64,000 bases of DNA. Source: Octopus sinensis (taxonomy: Eukaryota). The DNA is taken from the NCBI RefSeq assembly GCF_006345805.1, contig NC_043002.1:25234001-25298000 (forward strand), read 5' to 3'. Position numbers and translations under genes: made by a program. The notes beneath the pieces are model-generated. The model made no database searches and was not told the origin of the DNA. It was given only the letters and a program-made list of their open reading frames with translations. Shown here piece by piece: positions 54,561-64,000 of the stretch (positions are counted from its first letter, which is position 1; every line of letters starts with the position of its first letter).

Positions 54561-55698
54561 GCATTGATGTTTTTTTCCTTTCTTTTCTTTCTCCCCTTTT
54601 TTTTATTACTTTGTCTTTATTTTGTAAAATATATTATTGAAGCATTGTCCTTCCTACCACTAACCTTTGCCTGTTTTTCCAAGTAAGAGATCTCTTATTT
54701 CATACCTCTTTGAAGGTGTAAATCAGTGGTCCTCAACAAGGGTCTGTATGACCCTTGGAAGTTCATGTAAGATTTTTTTGTTAAAATTAATGTGCAATAA
54801 AATTAGTTATACTTCTACAATGCACAAAATATTTTTAACAATTTTTTTTATACAATTCCTAATAATATTTAATTATAAAAATATCATAGGAATTTTTAAG
54901 CATCGAATGGTTATGAGAATTAATTCAATTAACATTGGAATCAAAAGGATCCACTGGAGAAAAAAACGGTTGAGAAACACTGGTGTGAAGCAAGTAAATA
55001 ATTTGTTGACAGGAGAAGCAACAACAACACTGCTCATAGCTTGTGATTTCCATAGAGCACAAATGTAAATTAACACATGCACACACTTCAGGTGTTATTA
55101 AATTTCAATCAAAAGTTTTAGTTCGCCCAGAGTTATAATAAAAGACACTTGCTCAAGGTGCTGCACTCGGGGACTGAACTTCTCAACAAGTAACAGCTAT
55201 AAAGTTAATGATTGCTAATATACCTAATGTAGTGAATCAGAAAAGTTCTAACAGATTAATATTACACAAGAAGTGAGGAAAGTAAAAAGAAAAAACTCTA
55301 TTAAGCTTAGTGATAAAATTCTGGACAAGGGAGACAACCCTGAAATTTAAATTATAAGTAGAATGAGAGCACAAATGTAATGGAGAATGAGTTTATCATT
55401 GTAAGTACGACAACTGTAAACCTGTTTCAGTTTTGATAGACTTCCTCATCAAAGCTTTCTCTTACCACTACATGTCAAATCCGAGATAACGGAGAAGCAT
55501 AAATAGTCTGAGTGATAAACAACAAAATGATGTAACATCACAAGAATACCTGGAATTGTAGGACTGATTACTCAGGGAAAATAAATAGTTAAGCTTTAAA
55601 CTAAAACAGTGAGCTTCTAATAAAAAATTAACACTCAAAATGAAGACAGGAAAAAAAAACACTTGATTAATGATTGTTTACTTTTCTTTATTTTACAG

Positions 55699-55863
55699 AA
55701 ATATTATGTGACTATAGCTAAACAGCTCAGTCACAAAAATCGCACTGGAGTGATTGGAGAAAATTTGTCCTCAGACTTTTTGGATTGCTTTAGTTCAGAA
55801 CAACTTGGTCAACTCTATGAATTGTTCCAAGAAACACAGAAACCTCTAAAAGAAAAGGAATAA
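55699..55863 (+). CDS. SDHAF3: SDHAF3 exon 2 (KYYVTIAKQL...IGENLSSDFLDCFSSEQLGQLYELFQETQKPLKEKE*)
   Basis: Acceptor ttctttattttacag, phase 0. Contains the C-terminal G..L....L..F..EQ.GQLYEL family motif, with stop TAA at 55861-55863. Total protein is 114 aa. Confidence 0.92.
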   Translation, partial: KYYVTIAKQLSHKNRTGVIGENLSSDFLDCFSSEQLGQLYELFQETQKPLKEKE

Positions 55864-55967
55864 GGAAACATCAATTGATATTTATTGCTTTTTGACAACA
55901 AAAAGTAGTTTTATTTATTTTTTTACAACCAAACATGTTTCCTTATCACCAGTGTTAAATTTTTTAC

Positions 55968-55973
55968 AATAAA
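55968..55973 (+). terminator. Candidate polyadenylation signal of SDHAF3
   Basis: AATAAA about 105 nt after the stop codon. Confidence 0.4.
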
Positions 55974-56229
55974 TCCAAGTGAGTTTCTAGGTGTCAGTAT
56001 GTTTAATTACTGTGAGGAGTGGAAAACTTTGCAGTTTTGTTATTTCTATCATTTAGTCAGGAAGAAAATGTAGTGCCTATGACCCCTTAAAGGCCTCCAA
56101 GACTAGTAAGACAGAGAGAAGAAGGTATCCTGAAATCAGAATCATGGCCTGAATGCATGCAACTGAGTGGACCCTGTTAAATTCACTCAAAGTACAGGTG
56201 TTGATGTTAAACAAGATGATAGATTTAGT

Positions 56230-56450
56230 CTGTAACACAAATAGCCACAACAGGATCTGAACTCAGAATGCAAGCAGTTGGAATAAATGCAAGGTACCTT
56301 GCCTGACATTCTTACATTTTTAGCAGTCCACAACTCTAGATTAGTACTATATTTATCAACTCCAAGAGGATGAAAGGCAAAGTTAACATCAGTGGGATTT
56401 GAACACAGAATATAAGAAACCAAAATAAATACCACAAGGTATTTCATCCA
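56230..56450 (-). mobile_element. Short SINE-like repeat region
   Basis: The core gaggatgaaaggcaaagttaacatcagtgggatttgaac is present at ~56365-56405. It reads on the plus strand and the boundaries are uncertain. Confidence 0.4.
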
Positions 56451-57079
56451 ATTTTCAAACTACAAAAATGAGTCTTCAAAATCCTTATTACAAAATATAT
56501 TTTTTTCCACTTTTCATAGCAACTAAATTTACTGAGGCCTGCAAAAATTCATAGATCAATAGATGTATAAAATTTTGTGGGGAAAGTATCCCAAAACCAG
56601 AATCCTGGTTTGGGGATACTTTCCAAAATTAGAATATTGTTGACACACAGACCTTTAGCTAATATTTTCAAATTCTGGATTTCAGTCTTTAAACTTTCAA
56701 GTTTTGATTGTCCCTATTTTCTATCTTGTCATAGACTTGAACACTCTTTACAGAATAAAAACTTTAAACGCTTTTTAAACTGTTTTTTGTCTTCAGTCAG
56801 TAATGGAATGGATCAAAGCTTTTGACCCATCTCACTTACAATGTCTTCATTATACTCTAATATAACATTTTTATCCACTACCATACTCTTACAACTATAA
56901 GTCCATTCCTCTCATCATAAAATCATCACATTCTCTTTTTATAGACAATTTTGTCATCTTCATTCTACAGTGTATTTTTATGTCTCCACAATGAAAGCAC
57001 TCCACTTTTTTAAATGGACAATTTTTCCTCAGGTGTATACCTCCACATACAAAACATGGGTTTATTTCCTAATTTTTGT

Positions 57080-58001
57080 CATGTTTTTTAGAAAGCACTT
57101 TATCTCTGTTCTAACTATTTCACACTTGTTTTACTTGGAAACAATCTTTATGTTCGATTTCCTCTGTGTCGTTTCTTAATTTGACTATCCTTTCACATTC
57201 TTCTGACACTTGCTGTAGGGTTACATCCTGGTTTTGCTCCAGCTTTGTGAGAATTCTAGTTCTAACTTCTGTGTCCTTTTCAGAAGTAAGTCCCTGTGTA
57301 AAAATCAGGCATTTGAACATATGTAGCATTAATTCGTTCAGCTTAAACTTTTCACATTCTCTGTTAACTCTACCAGTATATGTGATGTGTCCTCATCATT
57401 GTTTTTCTCTATGTTCAGACACTACCAACTTGTATTAAACAATGAACTTTTTTCACTGAAAATTTTACACAATATCTCTATTGTGTCATTAAAGTTTATG
57501 CTCAAAGGTTTTCTTGAGAGTACATAATTACTGTATCATTCATGACGACTTCAATAATTGCAACATTTATTGCTGTAATATTATTTATTGTTGTTGCTTT
57601 AACAGTTGTGTCTGCTGCTTTTGTTGTTGTTGGTGTTATTATTGCAGTTGTAGCTGCTGCTGTTCTTCTTTCAGTTGTTGTTGCTATTTTTGCAACTCAA
57701 ACAAACTGGCCAACAACTTTTCCATAATTCTACAATTTTTTTTCGTGAAATTTGCATAACAAAAACTTTTGTGAGGTTGTTAACTCCTCTTTGAGTTTCT
57801 ATTAGCCCCACATGAATTGGTTTATCCTCATTGAGTTTATTAATTCCTTGTGAGTTGTTTAAATCCTCATTGCCACTGTTATAATCCATTTAATGCTGGA
57901 TTATTACTTTGACCACCTACTACGTACTCTCATATTTCATGTACTTCTCTTTACTTATAGTGACTAAGTTATTCCATTTGTCACCTGGGAGGGGTGTAAC
58001 A
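57080..58001 (-). mobile_element. Gypsy/Ty3 LTR retrotransposon 5' remnant (short LTR, PBS, gag)
   Basis: TGTTACACC start at 58001, ...ATAACA end near 57877, followed by gTGGCAATGAGG (decayed TGGCGACGAG-type PBS). The gag-like FKCLIFTQGLTSEKDTEVRTRILTKLEQ...TLQQVSEECERI lies downstream. Confidence 0.7.
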
Positions 58002-58337
58002 GCTATATATCTATATATATATAAAGCTGTGAAAGTGTGTGATCACTAATACTAGAGAACTACCCAACTAATTTCATTCAAATTTTACTCATGCCTTACT
58101 TAGGGTCCATGCAGTGTCATGGGCCAAAATAATTTTCAACTTCTTGCCAAGTGCGAGTCCAGAGCAATCTCTTATCTCTTACACTATTTCAGTATTACGT
58201 GTCAAAAGTGAAACAATAACATCTCAATTGTAATATCATTTACTTTCAGTTTTAACACTGAAACTATTATCTCACATATATACATGCATACACACACTCA
58301 CACACAATATGTATGTATGTGTGTGTGTATATATATA

Positions 58338-59850
58338 TATATATATTTGGAAGACAACTGGAGGTTTCTACAGGACAACCTGCTGAGAGCCACTGACCAG
58401 ATCTGTGGATGGTGCAAAGTGCCATCTCGACCCAAGGTAACGTGGTGGTGGAACAATGTGGTTGACTGGGCTATTAGACAAAAGAAACAGTCTTGGAGGG
58501 ACTGGAAGAATGGAGGTAGCAGGGAATTGTATCAGACTGCCAGAAGGGAAGCAGATAAGAAAAAATTTGCCAATGTTCTGCGCCATGAGGACCAAAGACT
58601 TGAAGTATTTCATGTTGCAAGACAGTGTGTGAGAGAGAATTGTGATGTGGTAGGAGAGAAGTGTGTTCGCATGGAAGATGGTTCACTTGCACTAAACGAG
58701 GCTGGAAAGAGAGAGGTTTGGAGACGTCACTATGAAAGGTTGCTTAATAAAGAGAATGAATGGGAGAAAGAGAGTTTGCCGAATGTTGACCCAACAGAGG
58801 GACCAGCTATCTGAATTGACAGTACTTTGGTGGTTAAAGCAATCAAGAGTATGAAGGCTGGGAAAGCCCCCGGCCCATCAGGAATCACTGCAGAGATGCT
58901 CAAAATATCTGGCAGTGTCGGCTATAGCATAGTCACCCGTATAGTTAACCAGGTGATACACGAGCTGGTGTAGCAGCACCATAGTCAACTGCTACAAAGG
59001 TAAAGGTGACGCCTTAGATACAAATAATTACAGAGCTATCAAGTTGCTGGATCAGGTAATGAAGGTCATGGAGAGGGTCATAGCCCAACTAATTAGAGAA
59101 AGAGTCAGTTTAGATGAGATGCAGTTTGGGTTCATGCCAGGGAAAAGCACCACTGATGCTATATTCCTGGTAAGACAGTTGCAGGACAAATACCTAGCCA
59201 AAGATAAACCTCTGTATCTGGCTTTCATTGACATGGAGGAAGCCTTTGACAGGGTCCCTCGATCCCTTATCTGGTGGTTAATGAGGAAACTAGGGATAGA
59301 TGAATGGTTAGTGAGAGCTGTGCGAGCCATGTACAGGGACGCTGTTAGTAAGGTGAGGGTTGGCAATGAATACAGTGAAGAATTTCGGGTAGAGGTAGGG
59401 GTCCACCAAGGAAGTAGTTGATAGCTTCTGTTACCTAGGTGTGCTGAAAGTGTAACTGCTAGAGTAAGAATAGCCTGGGCAAAGTTCAGAGAGCTCTTAC
59501 CTCTGCTGGTGACAAAAGGCCTCTTGCTCAGAGTAAAAGGCAGACTGTATGACGCATGTGTACGAACACCCTAGTGGTTGAGGGAACCTGTGGAAGAGGT
59601 AGACCCAGGAAAACCTGGGACGAGGTGGTGAAGCACGACCTTCGAACATTAGGTCTCACTGAAGCAATGACTAGTGACTGAGACCTTTGGAAGTATGCTG
59701 TGCATGAGAAGACCCGGCAGGACAAGTGAGGCCATAACCCGTGGCCTCTACCTGGGATGTAGCCAGCCCATTTATGCATACCTTTCCTTCTTGAGATACA
59801 AAACTCTGCTTGCGAAGACCTGTTGGGGCAAGTGAAATCAGAATCGAAAT
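58338..59850 (+). mobile_element. RTE-clade LINE, internally deleted
   Basis: TWWWN....AI..KK; MK.GKAPGPSGITAEMLK; YRAIKLLDQVMKVMERV...QFGFMPGKSTTDAIF..RQLQ...AFIDMEEAFDRVPR...VGVHQGS. Several internal deletions and stops. Confidence 0.9.
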
Positions 59851-59863
59851 CGAAATCACTCAA

Positions 59864-60190
59864 AAATCAATGGAAATTGTAGTTGTAATACCAGTGCCGG
59901 TGGCACATAAAAGAACCATCCAAACGTGGCCGTTGCCAGCCCTGCCCTGACTGGCCCCCGTGCCGATGGCACGTAAAAAGCAACATATGATTGTGGCCGT
60001 TGCCAGCCTCACCTGGCACGTAAAAAGCACCCACTACACTTACGGAGTGGTTGGTGTTAGGAAGGGCATCCAGCTGTAGAAACACTGCCAGATCAGGCTG
60101 AGCCTGGTGCAGCCTCCTGGCTTCCCAGACCCCAGTTGAACCGTCCAACCCATGCTAGCATGGAAAGCGGACGTTAAACGATGATGATGA
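59864..60190 (+). mobile_element. SINE-like element, same family; a further decayed copy follows at ~60340-60555
   Basis: Same repeat units, ggaagggcatcc core and cccatgctagcatggaaagcggacgttaaacgatgatg tail. Confidence 0.8.
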
Positions 60191-60685
60191 TATGTATGTA
60201 TGTATATAGATGTATATGCATATGTATAAATGTATATGTATAGACTTCAAGAATGCTCCTGATACTTGTACCAGCAGACAAAACAAGTAACATTTACACT
60301 GTTAATATTGAACTATATAAGTCTGTGATTAGGAAGGAATTACGCAGCAAACATAGGTGCTGGTGCCACGTAAAAAGCAGTCGTATCAGTGCTGCGTAAA
60401 AGCACCCAGCACACTCTGTAAAGTGATTGGCGTTAGGAAGGGCATCTAACCGTAGAAACCATGCCAAAAAAGACATGGAGTCTGAACAGCCCTTCATCTG
60501 GTCAGCTCTCGTCAAACCCATGCCAGCTTGGAATACGGACGTTAAATGATGATGATGATTCAATAACTATTTGTATTACTAGTGTAGTTTCTCTTCCTAT
60601 GTAATGATTAAATTTATTGGTAATTGTTCAGTTTGGTTGGATTCACCAACAGATTTGTTCCTTTTACAACACTTGCAGTGCCATA

Positions 60686-60686
60686 A

Positions 60687-60729
<43 letters not shown>

Positions 60730-60753
60730 ATAATAATAATAATAATAATAATA
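60686..60753. repeat. Abutting (ATT)n and (AAT)n tracts
   Basis: Directly visible. The two tracts are reverse complements of each other. Confidence 0.92.
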
Positions 60754-62899
60754 AAATTATTGTATTCCAACAGTAACGCCACCCCGTGTAGTAAAGCCAC
60801 ATGGTGAATTACAATTTTCACATGTATACATATAATTAGTCGATGCCGTGCCAACCACTGAAGAATGTCTCCAGCTTTTCCTAATTGAATGATAGTCCAC
60901 GATTCCTCTAACATCCCCCCCTTAATTTTTATTTATTTTTTAAAATCTAACCAAACTGAATAATTACTAAATTTACTACTATTATTATACTTTTATTTGT
61001 TTCAGTCATTTGACTGCGGCCACGCTGGAGCACCGCGTATTGTTTTCATTTGTAAACAAGGCGTAATTAAAAAGAAAGAAAAAAAAAAAGAAAGAAAGAA
61101 AGAAAGAAACGGTCGACAGATATCAGAGTCACTCAACATGGCGTCGAGCGGGTTTCCTAAACTTAAGCGGCGAATATTTTGTAATAATACTGATTGAACA
61201 TCTCAGGTTTAACATCTGCAATTATGGATGTGATCCTTCTCTTGCTTATTCTTCATCTTATTCCATCTCGTAACGGTGTTGCTTGTCTTCCTTCGCAGAA
61301 TCTTTGTGCCGACGTTACAGATTGTAAGATTTTTTATAACGCATTTTCCTTTTTACAACTTTTGTCGTTAAACTTTTTGAATCTAACGTAAACAATGACC
61401 TCCGGTACAAAACGAAGAGGACCACACAGAAGCAACATACTACATCCTTCACCCAATTTACAAATAATAAATCAATAATATTACTTGAGTGACTTTTAAG
61501 ATTAATTAAATTGAATTAATTGCGGTTCTGTAGTATATTTTATTCTTCTTTGAAACAACTCTTAGAATTTTTGTAGTCATTCGGGAATTTCCAGACAATG
61601 TAGTGTATATAAAATTCTATAAACAATTGAGGGAGCCTGTGATTATTAAAACTAATTAAAATTGATCACTGTTTATAATTTATAAACCATAAAACCATTC
61701 CAACATGTTTCTCCGTTGTGCACTGGAGTTCGTTTATTTTACGTACAGATGTGATAACTTCACTTTATTGTTTATAAAACATACTATAAAATGATAATTA
61801 AGTCAGGTTAATTAATCTCAGCAGTCACAGGCTCCCTACTTAATTACACAACGCATATAGAATTCTTGAATATCTATCGAAATTCTAAGGTGTACCGTTT
61901 TATTGTTAATTAAATGATAATTAAATTAGTTTAATTAATCTTAGAAATCAGAATTTCCTTCATTAAGTAATGACATTTTCACTATATATGAGGTATTCTG
62001 TAATGTCTACAAAAATTGTGTGATGTTTTATTTATAAAGTAGAGAATAAAATGAAACTAAGTCAGTTAATTAAACTTAACAGATATAACTATGTATTTGT
62101 AAATTGAATGAAAAATGCAGCATTTTATTTCTATGTGGTCACTTCTATTTTTATATTGGATGCCAACGTCTATGTACATAGACAACAACTTTTGGAAATT
62201 GATAAGGAATAACGGTCAATATAAAGACCTTCACCCGGGAACAAAAAAAAAAATCCGGCCTGGTCACCCCCCCCCTTCCAGGCTGGTTTATTTATTTATT
62301 TATTTTTTTTTGTTCCCGAGTGAAGGTCTTTATATTTACCAGAATAACCAGTTTTTGAAAATTGATAGGAATAATTTACGCATATATTTTATATTTGTAA
62401 AAATTAACATTATTTGCCGACTAGTGCTGAAGTTTCGGACGGATTGTTTTAAAGAGAGAGAGATTTTTTTTTTTATCTGGGACCCATCCGAAACATGAAA
62501 ACAACTCATTCCGCATTCTAATTTTTTGTTTTACGAGTGTATTATTCTATGTTACTGTGTGTTTATTGTCTTTCTTGTCGATGTGTACATACATACAGCT
62601 GTTCTATTCCAAATAAGATAAAGGCATACCCCCAAATTCTGGTAAATGTGTAGGATGTCGGCGTCATTTTTTTGGGGCATTCTTTCGATATAACTCGACA
62701 AAATCAAAACATTTCATTTCAGGTATTTCCGTGGGTTGTGGAGTTTAGATAGAACGAAATCATACCAGCAATGTCTCATTTTAAACTTGAAGAAAATAAG
62801 CCTTGCATATTTGTTCTCACCTGTTTCATGTGTGTATGTAAAATCTGGAAATTTCCAAGCAGCAAAAGACCTCTAAATGAAGTAAAAACTATAACATAT

Positions 62900-64000
62900 T
62901 CAGAACACTATTTCAGAAAATTATCCCTGTTCAACACCAACGTCAGAATCGCCATCTTCATCTCCTTTGGTTTCCTTCTCTGTTTACCAAATGTCATGAA
63001 TGATCTTGTCTAGTTTTTCTTCTTCAGTGTTGATCTCTGGGACAACAACAGCACCCTCATCTACAGACAACCAGTTCTCGAATTGCTCTTTGGTCAGTCC
63101 AGTAGGCAGTGAAGGCAGGATCAAATCTTCGTTACCATTTATGGCTTCTTTTGATTCTTTGGCCAAAACAAAACCAGCTTTGATCCAACAGTGTTTGATT
63201 GTCTGGCTAGAGACTTTCTTCCAAGCTACGCTTAACATGTACATGGCATCCAAAATGGTGATCCACTTTGCAAAATTCTTGGGCAAAAATGTCACGTGCA
63301 GTGTCTTCCATAACCTCAATGATCTTCTTATGCATTTCATGTCTGAAGTAGGCTTACAAGGTCTTGATTATCCCCATTTCACAGGACTGCAGCACTGATG
63401 TTGTGTTAGGAGGAAGAAATTTTGAAGTGATGTCCTTGAGATCATTGATGACTATATGAGAAGAGCAATTGTCAAGTAGGACCACCACTTGTCTTCCAGA
63501 TTTCTGCGAATGACAATCCTAAGATCTGAGTCCATCTTCCATAGATTTTTTCTGTCATCCAAACATTGGTTGAAAAGTCGTACTGAATCAGAAGCGTTTT
63601 GATATTTTTGAAGCATCTTTCTGATTAAGAACAAGTCTTCTTTGCCTCCATTCATGTTGCAGGTCACTATCAAGGTCACATGGTCCTTTGCCATCTTAAA
63701 GTCCCTCACAGTTTTCTTGCAACTCTTGTTGACATACGTATTTCCTGGTGATGCACGAAAGTAGATCCCAGTTTCATTGACATTGTAGATGTCCTGTGGC
63801 TGATATGATTTCCACAGAAGCTGCATGGTTGTCTCATGAAATTGATGGGTGCCATTGACATCAGCTTCAGCTGCAAAGTATGAAATGTTTAGTTTGTGTT
63901 CTCTGAAGAGAAAAATGTGAACTAGTAAACTACAACGCTTACTTTTTAGAATCATAAAAGAGATTCCATGTCTTTTTTGCCAATGGTGAAACCAACCTTC
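62900..64000 (-). mobile_element. Tigger/pogo-like DNA transposase pseudogene (DDE_1)
   Basis: YQPQDIYNVNETGIYFR...KDHVTLIVTCNMNG and ITILDAMYMLSVAWKKVSSQTIKHCWIKAGF. Frameshifted and runs off the window end. Confidence 0.85.

Overview
AT-rich, microsatellite- and retroposon-dense animal genomic DNA. The repeat types suggest a mollusc, most likely Octopus; this is inferred, not verified. Two genes sit head-to-head, with ATGs at 51575 (-) and 52419 (+). The minus-strand gene is the 5' part of a cytoplasmic dynein-1 intermediate chain (DYNC1I/Cdic): MSDRKAELERKK..., then the KETQT light-chain site, then a 24-nt ARGPWDYY exon at 6.2 kb. Its WD40 exons were not found and presumably lie left of base 1. 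The plus-strand gene is a complete two-exon SDHAF3/ACN9. Main points of interest: (1) a ~27 kb stretch of the dynein gene holds several candidate phase-1, frame-preserving microexons just after the light-chain sites; (2) DYNC1I and SDHAF3 are divergent neighbours here and are also linked in the human 7q21.3 DLX5/6 region; (3) a 5S rRNA head is fused to a SINE/RTE-type 3' tail inside a dynein intron. The rest is decayed mobile DNA (CR1/Jockey-like, Tx1, RTE, HERO, CRE, Penelope, Gypsy, Tigger/pogo, many SINEs) and simple repeats. Most long ORFs in the supplied track are microsatellite artefacts. All splice models were read by eye and need RNA-seq support.
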